Of a stretch of DNA of 64,000 nucleotides, positions 7,701-15,208 are shown in pieces. Source of the DNA: Bacillales bacterium UBA1737 (lineage in GTDB: Bacteria; Bacillota_I; Bacilli_A; ML615J-28; CAG-313); the NCBI GenBank assembly GCA_002315915.1, contig DCIB01000009.1, positions 47,529 to 111,528 on the forward strand, read 5' to 3'. Every line of letters begins with the position of its first letter. Position 1 is the first letter of the stretch. A program made the position numbers and the translations under genes. The notes below the pieces were generated by a model, which was not told where the DNA came from, searched no databases, and saw nothing but the letters and a program-made list of their open reading frames with translations.

Positions 7701-9906
7701 ATTTAATAATGATTTAACAATTAATCAAGATATATTAAATCAAGATATTAAAAAGTATGGATTATTAGACTTTAATGATTGTGAAATCATTAAAGATTTA
7801 GATGATTATAATAAATTTAATGCTCAATATTATTATATTTGGTTAGGTAAACTAAATAATGATTATATATCAAGTATATTATCTGGTTATATAGATTTAA
7901 ATTATTCTAATGATTTATTATGTTTTATGTCTTTTGGAAATAGTATTTTAACATATGATACATATGGAAATGATACTAATATTCAAACAGATACTGTTGA
8001 AACATGGCTTATTGTATGTGATAAAACAGTAATTAAAGATAATATAGTAGATGAAGGAGATGATACTTATACATCTAATCTTTTATTTGATGATTCAAAT
8101 GCTATTAACTTATATGTAGTAGGAACAGAAGATGTAGAAATAGGATTATATAATACAAGCGGATCATTAAAATCATTTGAAACATCAAAAAATGATTATC
8201 GTAATATATTTACATGTGATAAAGACGGATATGCATTATTCACAAGATATGATAGTGATAATGAAGTTTATTATTTTAATATAGAACAAGGTTATAAAAT
8301 CATATATAATGCAAACGGTGGAACAGGAACTGTTCCAACCGACAGCATTATATATGAATCAAATGAATCTATTACATTTAAAACAAATACTTTAACTAAA
8401 AAAGGATATGCATTTAAAGGTTGGGCATTATCAAATAATGCATCAACTAATTTATCATCTTATAGTATTACATCTACTGATGCTACTAATTATACAATTA
8501 CTTTATATGCAGTATGGGGAGAAAAGAAAACTATAAATGTTTTAATCAGTGGTAAAGATGATAATTATCATCAAGAAAAAGTATATTTTGGTGAAACACC
8601 AGTATATTATTATACTGCAACAGATTCTTTAACTGATTTAAAATTTAAATGGGATACAAGTGTTGATGGAGTATATACAAATACAACTCCTACAACAGTA
8701 GGAAAACATACTGGTTTAATATATCGTGATGAAGATGATAATTATAAAGAATTCTCTCGTGCTTTTACTTTAGTAATAGGTTATAAAGTTACTTATAATG
8801 CAAATGGTGCTCAAGGTAGTGTTCCTATAGATAATTTATATTATGGAATAGATTATACAACTGATAATACATTCCCTAATCCATCTACTTTATCAAAACT
8901 AGGTTATACATTCTATGGATGGAATACTTTACCTGATGGAACTGGAACAATTTATTTACCAAATACAAAATCACCAATTAATAATAATACAGTATTTTAT
9001 GCTATGTGGGCTAATGTAATAGATGAAGAACCATCAAGTACTAATGATTACAAAGTAAAAGTATTAGATGCTGCAGCATCTAATACTTATCAATGGTATA
9101 AAGGAAACTTATGTTGGAATCCAGCAATTAATAATTCTTTCTTAGAACTTACATTTGGTATTAATAATAACAATAATATTACTTCAGGTTATTTTATTTT
9201 TGCTGGTGTAAATATGATAACTTTTACTTATAAAGGATCATATACATCTCCTAAATTAAGATTTAAATCAACATCTTTATTTAATGATATTAGTTTAGAT
9301 AGTAATGGATATTATAATGTTGAATTTGATGATGAAAATAGTGTATCATTATGTTTTGAATCTGAATTTAATATTACTGATGTTGAATTATATGATTATA
9401 ATTTTATTATAATCAATAATGAAACATCACCTAAAATAATAAACGCAAATGAAGATTGTTTATATAAATGTATTATTACTTCACCTAGTGGTGGTATAAC
9501 CTCATCTCATATAATTAAAACTAATAAAATAGTATTTGATTCAAATAGTGGAGAAGGAACTTTACCATCTGATATATATCAACTATCTGGTAGAAGTATT
9601 TCATTACCAAAATCTTCCCTTACAAAAGATAATAAAGATTTTATTGGATGGGCTACAACTGCTGATGCAGTAGAAGCTATTAACACTTTTAATGTATTAG
9701 CAGATACTACATTATATGCTGTATGGAAAGATAAACAAATAGATACTAGTTTAATCATATTATTTAGTATAATTATTGTTTTAATAATTATTATTGAATT
9801 ATATATATGTTGGAAAGTTGAAATTAATAAAGGAAAAACTAAACGTATATTTAAATTCTTAGATCCGATATTTAAAAATCTTATTAAGTTATTTCTAAAG
9901 AAATAA
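4702..9906 (+). CDS. Giant secreted multidomain surface protein (1734 aa). Domains in order: signal peptide, BspA-type leucine-rich repeats, PMP-type (GGAI/FxxN) beta-helix repeats, internal Hint/intein-like domain, Listeria-Bacteroides (Flg_new) repeats, C-terminal TM anchor
   Basis: N-terminus is MKKVLLFLTLLISFIFISINTTSSVNAAT. LRR-like ITKIGDYSFYRFNDLISITFPSTITSLGTYILNSCDSLTTIDLS. PMP motifs NGGAIEVNAN, WGGAIIID, IGAAIYV, CNFISN, INFIGN. Hint block A CLVEGTLITMDDG and block B SIVGVHDLF. Flg_new repeats GYAFKGW...TLYAVW, GYTFYGWNT...FYAMW, FIGWATT...LYAVW. C-terminal hydrophobic LIILFSIIIVLIIIIELYICW followed by a basic tail. Confidence 0.8.
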   Translation: MKKVLLFLTLLISFIFISINTTSSVNAATSDALWGVSGNVLTISPKTGKTNVALDDYTSGTAPWYSDRINVKSIVISEGITKIGDYSFYRFNDLISITFPSTITSLGTYILNSCDSLTTIDLSTATSLSTIANNAFEGVGDVTLKIPSTCTLFNDKNYGSTSYTLDKIHYHTYDYTINNNTITATCTTSNCGVEDAVVTASLDVSSKDYNNEKLSASITNKSKFEEVTGKQLSIEYYNVSTKLSDAPTTAGTYTVKMLLSDSDKIVSKEVSINKMKLDIPSITSILYYNGNSQTPTWQNQSYFTITGSTSGKDAGTYYVFVSLNDKLNTCWTDLSSTDKEASWKINKKVIYPSDITWTNLEVTFDGKLHSPTGTINATALCSGDVCTLSTSQYTGVDSSYQPNVELSNPNYVLSNSHPITFKINPMDITSSIVFDNKTIRYDGETHTPTISSTMLIDGYPCYGVFTGAESNPGTYTATLTGLSSPNYTYTANPYLTCEYTIIPTYEIDFNLNSSFGNLPSIDGRFIAGDEITLPYYYGNISLNGKSFIGWNTNKDSNIGYSGTYIIKDTDISNNKITFYPIFKDNNHTCNDITFNVILNNNHFLNDYYQYTLESGYYYLNDNLTLDNGLIIESGKEVHICLCGYVLDLNNYNISNYGYLYLYDCQNNDEHIHYFDNNNDNSIWTLDDNNTSSLLKCIGGVIYNGNKAINSYNKLSLYNINFIGNINGAVCCDTSEELNIYNCNFISNIGNTNGGAIEVNANTNIYDSTFKYNKASTWGGAIIIDCMTSGDSYIATKALISGCIFEENSAAIGAAIYVKNSILTLSNTSITNNTATYSAGGVYLRYDTNACLVEGTLITMDDGSFKSIEDLKEGDLVKSFNHLTGEYVDSKVYLIYKGNSKSEYFTLNFKSGNSLSIVGVHDLFNKEENKYVRISSSNYSSYIGKHFFDATNNTWDILESVTLSNDTKEYYSIYTESTFNVISNNMLTIPNDVDFEYEIFEFNNDLTINQDILNQDIKKYGLLDFNDCEIIKDLDDYNKFNAQYYYIWLGKLNNDYISSILSGYIDLNYSNDLLCFMSFGNSILTYDTYGNDTNIQTDTVETWLIVCDKTVIKDNIVDEGDDTYTSNLLFDDSNAINLYVVGTEDVEIGLYNTSGSLKSFETSKNDYRNIFTCDKDGYALFTRYDSDNEVYYFNIEQGYKIIYNANGGTGTVPTDSIIYESNESITFKTNTLTKKGYAFKGWALSNNASTNLSSYSITSTDATNYTITLYAVWGEKKTINVLISGKDDNYHQEKVYFGETPVYYYTATDSLTDLKFKWDTSVDGVYTNTTPTTVGKHTGLIYRDEDDNYKEFSRAFTLVIGYKVTYNANGAQGSVPIDNLYYGIDYTTDNTFPNPSTLSKLGYTFYGWNTLPDGTGTIYLPNTKSPINNNTVFYAMWANVIDEEPSSTNDYKVKVLDAAASNTYQWYKGNLCWNPAINNSFLELTFGINNNNNITSGYFIFAGVNMITFTYKGSYTSPKLRFKSTSLFNDISLDSNGYYNVEFDDENSVSLCFESEFNITDVELYDYNFIIINNETSPKIINANEDCLYKCIITSPSGGITSSHIIKTNKIVFDSNSGEGTLPSDIYQLSGRSISLPKSSLTKDNKDFIGWATTADAVEAINTFNVLADTTLYAVWKDKQIDTSLIILFSIIIVLIIIIELYICWKVEINKGKTKRIFKFLDPIFKNLIKLFLKK

Positions 9907-9916
9907 TAATATTAAC

Positions 9917-9952
9917 GATAGCACCTGTAAAACAGGTGCTATTAGTTTTTTT
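9917..9952 (+). terminator. Rho-independent terminator (ATAGCACCTGT-aaaa-CAGGTGCTAT then T7)
   Basis: Inverted repeat plus T-run immediately after the stop of the large ORF. Confidence 0.6.
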
Positions 9953-10006
9953 AATTTAATAATATTTTATGATAAAATATTATTAAATAATTAAAGAGGT
10001 TTTATT

Positions 10007-11233
10007 ATGGATAAAGAAAGAATAAGAAAATATGCAGAATTATTAGTTAAAAAAGGGTCTAATGTACAAAAAAATCAAGAATTTAATATTTATATTAATT
10101 GTGATCAAGAAGAATTTGCTAGTTTATTAATAGAAGAAGCTTATAAAGCTGGAGCATCTATTGTAAGAGTAGAATGGTTAAGTGATTTATGTGATAAAGT
10201 ATCATATATAAATGGAACAATAGAAAACTTATCTAAATATGAAAAATGGCAAATAGAAAAGTTAGAACATCGTGCATCAACTCTACCAGCAAAACTATAT
10301 ATGGTATCAAGTGATCCAGATGCATTAAATGGAGTAGATCAAGCTAAAGTTGCTAAAATAAGACAATTAAAATATAATGTATTAAAACCATTTAGAGAAA
10401 GATGGGAAAATAAAGAACAATGGTGTATAGCAGCAATACCAAGTATTGCTTGGGCTAAAAAAGTATTCCCAAATTTACAAGATAATGATGCTTTAGAAGC
10501 ATTATGGAAAGCAATATTAGATTCATCACGTGTATTTGATGATCCAATCCATGAATGGATTGATCATTCAAATAAAATACATGAAAGATGTAATTATTTA
10601 AATAATTTACATTTAAAAGAATTAAGATATACATCAAGTAATGGAACTAACTTTAGAGTAGGATTAATTGATGATGGAATATTTGCTGGAGGATCAGAAG
10701 TAACATTAGATACAAACATTGAAATAAATCCAAATATTCCATCAGAAGAAATATTTACATCCCCTAAAAAAGGAGATTGTGATGGAATAGTATATGCTAC
10801 TAAACCACTTTCATATCAAGGAGAATTAATAGAAGATTTCTCTATTAGATTTGAAAATGGTAAAGCTGTAGAAGTACATGCTAATAAAGGAGAAGAATTA
10901 TTAAAGCATATGATATCTATGGATGAAGGTTCATCTATGCTAGGTGAATGTGCACTAATTAGTTATGATTCACCTATTAATAATACTAATATTCTTTTTT
11001 ATGAAACATTATTTGATGAGAATGCCGCATGTCACCTAGCATTAGGAGCTGGATTTACTAACCTTATTAAAGATTATGAATTATATACTCAAGAAGAACT
11101 ATATGATAAAGGTATTAATGATTCTATGATTCATGTTGATTTTATGATAGGATCTAATGATTTATCAATAATAGGTATTACTCAAGATAATAAAGAAGTA
11201 GTAATATTTAAAAACGGTAATTTTGTATTTTAA
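10007..11233 (+). CDS. pepS: Aminopeptidase, M29 family (PepS/AmpS-like)
   Basis: 408 aa. The N-terminus KYAELLVKKGSNVQKNQEFNIYINCDQEEFASLLIEEAYKAGASIVRVEW follows the PepS pattern, and the length is typical for M29. Confidence 0.65.
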   Translation: MDKERIRKYAELLVKKGSNVQKNQEFNIYINCDQEEFASLLIEEAYKAGASIVRVEWLSDLCDKVSYINGTIENLSKYEKWQIEKLEHRASTLPAKLYMVSSDPDALNGVDQAKVAKIRQLKYNVLKPFRERWENKEQWCIAAIPSIAWAKKVFPNLQDNDALEALWKAILDSSRVFDDPIHEWIDHSNKIHERCNYLNNLHLKELRYTSSNGTNFRVGLIDDGIFAGGSEVTLDTNIEINPNIPSEEIFTSPKKGDCDGIVYATKPLSYQGELIEDFSIRFENGKAVEVHANKGEELLKHMISMDEGSSMLGECALISYDSPINNTNILFYETLFDENAACHLALGAGFTNLIKDYELYTQEELYDKGINDSMIHVDFMIGSNDLSIIGITQDNKEVVIFKNGNFVF

Positions 11234-11300
11234 AATAAACTTGTTCGTTTATATTGAACGAACAAGTTAATTTTTATATAATATAGGTAGGTGGATAAAT

Positions 11301-12158
11301 ATGCTTGATTTAACTAAAATGAATTATAATGTAAAAGAAGATATTGAATTATATAATCATTGTGATTATTTTAATAATGATGAATTATTAAAAAGAACTA
11401 AATTAAATAAAAATACATTATATAAAATTATTCAAGATAATTTATTTGTAGATGAAATTAATGAAAAAATATATACTTATTTTTATGATAATAAATATAA
11501 TATAAATTATGTTAAATCTAGTTTTCTTCTAAATAATTCTAATAATAAAATATTATTTCATGGATCTAAATATGGTTTAAAGATGGTAACTATTGATGGA
11601 TCTAGAAATAAATGTGATTTTGGAAGTGGATTTTATCTTGGAGAATCATATATTCAAGCATCTTCATTTATATATGAAAATGAACAATCTTCAGTATATT
11701 CTTTTGAATGTAATTTAGAAGATTTAAAAATTTTAAATTTTAAATCTTCTAAAGAATGGCTTATTGCAATATGCTATTATAGAGGAACTATAAATAAATA
11801 TTCAAATTCTAAAATAGTGCAAGATATAATTAAACAAATTGAACAATCAGATATAATTATTGCACCAATAGCAGATAATAAAATGTTTAATATCATGAAT
11901 CTATTTGCAAGTGGTGATATTAATATAGATGTTACTGTAAAAGCATTAGAAGCATCTAATTTAGGTCTACAATACGTTTTTAAAACTCAAAAAGCAATTG
12001 ATAAATTAATACCTATTGATAGATATTATATTTGTGATAAGGAAAGAATAGATATTAGAAATAAAGTAATAGATAGATCTAGTAAAGTAGATAATATATT
12101 AAAAGAAGCATTAAGATTATATCGAAATGGTTTATTTATTGAAGAGGTATTAAAATGA
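11301..12158 (+). CDS. Hypothetical protein (285 aa) with an HGS...GSGFY core resembling an H-Y-E ADP-ribosyltransferase fold. Possibly DUF3990-like, possibly with a fused DUF3791-like N-terminal segment
   Basis: Motifs FHGSKYG...(22 aa)...DFGSGFYLGE, later VYSFE and IIIAPIADN. The stop overlaps the start of the next ORF (ATGA). Confidence 0.45.
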   Translation: MLDLTKMNYNVKEDIELYNHCDYFNNDELLKRTKLNKNTLYKIIQDNLFVDEINEKIYTYFYDNKYNINYVKSSFLLNNSNNKILFHGSKYGLKMVTIDGSRNKCDFGSGFYLGESYIQASSFIYENEQSSVYSFECNLEDLKILNFKSSKEWLIAICYYRGTINKYSNSKIVQDIIKQIEQSDIIIAPIADNKMFNIMNLFASGDINIDVTVKALEASNLGLQYVFKTQKAIDKLIPIDRYYICDKERIDIRNKVIDRSSKVDNILKEALRLYRNGLFIEEVLK

Positions 12159-12670
12159 AAGAATTAGATACTAATGGAATATATATTTGTGATAATTTAG
12201 GTAAATTATTTGCTTTATCAACAAAAGAAGATTACTCTAGTCCTATTTTTTTAAGAAGATTTTTACACTCAGATGTGATAGAAAAGTTTGAAAAACATCA
12301 ATCTGCTTTTATAACTCCTTTTACAGATGAATTAATAGAGGATATTAATAATCAATTTGGTAAAAGTGAATATGGCACTATTAAATATAATATAGATGCA
12401 ATGTATTGGTTAGGATATGTTTATGGTTATATATCATATACTAGAGATTGTAAAATAAGAATACTTTTAAAAGTATTTAATCCAAATGATTTAATAAAGT
12501 ATTATCCATCATATCACTCTCAAAGTAATGAATGGGTTATAGATACTCTTTTAAAACAGTATAATTTAACTGAGAATTTTTTTGATAATAATTGGCGTTT
12601 TTTACAAACATTAATGAAATATAGTAAAATATATAATTTGAATAGATTTCATAAAGATGATGAACAATAG
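12155..12670 (+). CDS. Hypothetical protein (171 aa), translationally coupled to the upstream ART-like ORF
   Basis: 4-bp overlap with 11301-12158. No recognisable motif. A terminator hairpin overlaps its stop (12650-12685). Confidence 0.45.
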   Translation: MKELDTNGIYICDNLGKLFALSTKEDYSSPIFLRRFLHSDVIEKFEKHQSAFITPFTDELIEDINNQFGKSEYGTIKYNIDAMYWLGYVYGYISYTRDCKIRILLKVFNPNDLIKYYPSYHSQSNEWVIDTLLKQYNLTENFFDNNWRFLQTLMKYSKIYNLNRFHKDDEQ

Positions 12671-12705
12671 TTCATCATCTTTATTAATTATATTTAGTTA
12701 AATTT

Positions 12706-12726
12706 TAAATGAAAATATTTTCATTT
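12706..12726 (+). promoter_or_regulatory. Putative Rex (redox repressor) operator-like palindrome aAATGAAaatattTTCATTt upstream of the hydrogenase operon
   Basis: Perfect palindrome AATGAAAATATTTTCATT with a TGAA-N6-TTCA core, as in the Rex box TTGTGAA-N6-TTCACAA. It lies about 60 bp upstream of the NuoE-like start. Confidence 0.4.
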
Positions 12727-12787
12727 TAATTGGAATTTTAGGATAATATTTAGTAAAATAGTAATGTAAAATACAATTTCTAAAGAA

Positions 12788-13300
12788 ATGGAGGTGCCTA
12801 TGGGCGCAAAGTTAATTATTAAAGAAGATCAAATATTAGATCTTAAAAGAAGAATGGCCGAGCATAAGAAAAAACCTGGACCATTAATGCCATCTCTTCA
12901 TGATGCACAATCAATCTTTGGTTGCGTTCCTCTAGAAGTTCAAAAGATTATTGCTGATGAACTTGGAGAATCAATTGCAAAGATTAATGGTGTAGTAACA
13001 TTTTATTCACGTTTTACTATTGAACCTGTTGGTAAACATACAGTATCTGTATGTTTAGGAACAGCATGTTATGTAAAGGGTTCACAAACTGTATTAGATG
13101 AATTATCAAATGTATTAGGTATTAAACCTGGAGAAACAACAGAAGATGGATTATTTACATTATCTGCTTGTAGATGTATTGGAGCATGTGGATTATCACC
13201 AGCAATGACAATTGATGGTCAAGTAACTGCACAAGCTACTCCTGCTATTGCAAGAAAAGCTTTAGAAGCTTTAATTGCAGAAGAAAAAGGAAATAAATAG
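12788..13300 (+). CDS. NADH dehydrogenase subunit E-like / hydrogenase 2Fe-2S thioredoxin-like subunit (HydC/HndA type)
   Basis: 170 aa with Cys motifs C...C...(GACG-type CRCIGACG), typical of NuoE-like. First gene of the hydrogenase operon. Confidence 0.75.
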   Translation: MEVPMGAKLIIKEDQILDLKRRMAEHKKKPGPLMPSLHDAQSIFGCVPLEVQKIIADELGESIAKINGVVTFYSRFTIEPVGKHTVSVCLGTACYVKGSQTVLDELSNVLGIKPGETTEDGLFTLSACRCIGACGLSPAMTIDGQVTAQATPAIARKALEALIAEEKGNK

Positions 13301-13313
13301 GAGGATATAAATT

Positions 13314-15191
13314 ATGACTTTAGAAAAATTATTAGAAATTAAAGCTGCAAATTTAGATTCTCTAAATATGCGTTTACCTGGTTTTGATGCTGCAAAATAT
13401 AATGGTAAGATCAAACGTCAAATTGCCGTTTGTGGTGGTACAGGATGTAAATCAAGTCATTCATTTGAATTAAAAGCTGAATTTGACAAAGTAATTAAAG
13501 AAAAAGGCTTAGAAGATACTGTATTAGTATATTTAAGTGGATGTTTTGGTTTATGTGCACAAGGACCAATTGTTGTAGTATTTCCAGATGAAGTATTCTA
13601 TGGACATGTAAAAAAAGAAGATGTATTACCAATCATTGAAGGACATATCATGAATGGTGTAATCTATGAAAAATGTGTTCATAAAGAAGTTGTAGATGGT
13701 ATTAAACAAACTAAATTATTTAATGAAATGAATTTCTATGTTAAACAAACAAGAATTGCATTAAACAATTGTGGATTTGTTGATCCAGAAAACATTTATG
13801 ATTATATTACTCGTGATGGTTACCAAGGTATTTGTAAAGCAGTAACTACTATGACTCCAGAAGAAGTAGTAAAAGCTATTACTGATTCAGGACTTCGTGG
13901 TCGTGGAGGAGCAGGATTCTCTACTGGATTAAAATGGAGTTTTGCTGCTAAGAATCCTGGACCTAAATTTATGATATGTAATGCCGATGAAGGTGACCCA
14001 GGAGCATTCATGGATGAATCTGTATTAGAAGGTGATCCAAATGCTGTTATAGAAGGTATGGAAATAGCAGGTTATGCAATAGGTGCATCACAAGGTTATA
14101 TCTATTGTCGTGCTGAATATCCTTTAGCAGTTGAAAGAATTAATAAAGCTATTAAAGCTGCTTATGAAAATGGATTACTTGGTAAAAACTTATTTGGTAC
14201 AGATTTCTCATTTGATCTAGAAGTAAGACTTGGTGCAGGTGCATTCGTATGTGGAGAAGAAACTGCATTAATAGCTTCTATTGAAGGTGAACGTGGTATG
14301 CCAAGAAATAAACCACCTTTCCCTGCAAATGAAGGTTTATGGAAACGTCCTACTGTTATTAATAACGTAGAAACTCTAGCTAATATTGCCCAAATTATTA
14401 GAAATGGTGTTGAATGGTTTACATCTATTGGTACAGAAAAATCTAAAGGTACTAAAGTATTCTCACTTGGAGGAAAAATTAATAATACAGGTTTAGTTGA
14501 AATTCCAATGGGAACAACACTTCGTCAAGTTATATTTGATATAGGTGGAGGAATCCCTAAAGGAAAGAAATTTAAAGCTGTTCAAACAGGTGGACCATCT
14601 GGTGGATGCTTAACTGAAAAAGACTTAGATACTCCAATTGATTATGATAACTTAATTGCCGCAGGATCTATGATGGGTTCTGGTGGTATGATTGTTATGG
14701 ATGAAGATAACTGTATGGTAGACGTAGCTAGATTCTTCTTAGATTTTACTGTTGATGAATCATGTGGTAAATGTACTCCATGTCGTGAAGGAACTAAGAG
14801 AATGCTTGAAATCTTAAATAAGATTTGTGCAGGAAAAGGATCTATGGATGACTTAACACAATTAAAAGAACTAGCTTTAAGTATTAAAGACTCAGCTCTA
14901 TGTGGTCTAGGACAAACAGCTCCAAACCCAGTATTATCAACTCTTAATAACTTCTATGATGAATATGTAGCTCATGTTACAGAACATCGTTGTCCAGCAG
15001 GTGTATGTAAAGAATTAATTCATTATACTATTACAGATAAATGTGTAGGATGCGGTCTATGTGCTAAAGGATGTCCTGCAGGTGCTATATCTGGTGAATT
15101 TAAATCTAAACATACAATTGATATTAAGAAATGTATCAAATGTGGTGCATGTAAAGCTCAATGTAAAGTTGATGCTATAGTTACTAAATAA
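13314..15191 (+). CDS. NuoF-like NADH-binding flavoprotein subunit of the [FeFe]-hydrogenase (HydB/HndC type), with N-terminal 2Fe-2S and C-terminal 2x[4Fe-4S] domains
   Basis: CGGTGC...GCFGLC N-domain. FMN/NADH core GGAGFSTGLKW and GAFVCGEETAL. C-terminal CVGCGLCAKGCP and CIKCGACKAQC. Confidence 0.8.
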   Translation: MTLEKLLEIKAANLDSLNMRLPGFDAAKYNGKIKRQIAVCGGTGCKSSHSFELKAEFDKVIKEKGLEDTVLVYLSGCFGLCAQGPIVVVFPDEVFYGHVKKEDVLPIIEGHIMNGVIYEKCVHKEVVDGIKQTKLFNEMNFYVKQTRIALNNCGFVDPENIYDYITRDGYQGICKAVTTMTPEEVVKAITDSGLRGRGGAGFSTGLKWSFAAKNPGPKFMICNADEGDPGAFMDESVLEGDPNAVIEGMEIAGYAIGASQGYIYCRAEYPLAVERINKAIKAAYENGLLGKNLFGTDFSFDLEVRLGAGAFVCGEETALIASIEGERGMPRNKPPFPANEGLWKRPTVINNVETLANIAQIIRNGVEWFTSIGTEKSKGTKVFSLGGKINNTGLVEIPMGTTLRQVIFDIGGGIPKGKKFKAVQTGGPSGGCLTEKDLDTPIDYDNLIAAGSMMGSGGMIVMDEDNCMVDVARFFLDFTVDESCGKCTPCREGTKRMLEILNKICAGKGSMDDLTQLKELALSIKDSALCGLGQTAPNPVLSTLNNFYDEYVAHVTEHRCPAGVCKELIHYTITDKCVGCGLCAKGCPAGAISGEFKSKHTIDIKKCIKCGACKAQCKVDAIVTK

Positions 15192-15208
15192 GAAGGAGGT
15201 ATATAATT

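Noticed and set aside
4702-9906. The large surface protein considered as a polymorphic toxin (Hint followed by a C-terminal toxin)
   Set aside because: The Hint domain is central, not near the C-terminus. The C-terminal 800 aa are Listeria-Bacteroides repeats and a TM anchor with no recognisable toxin domain, and no immunity gene follows. The downstream gene is a PepS aminopeptidase.
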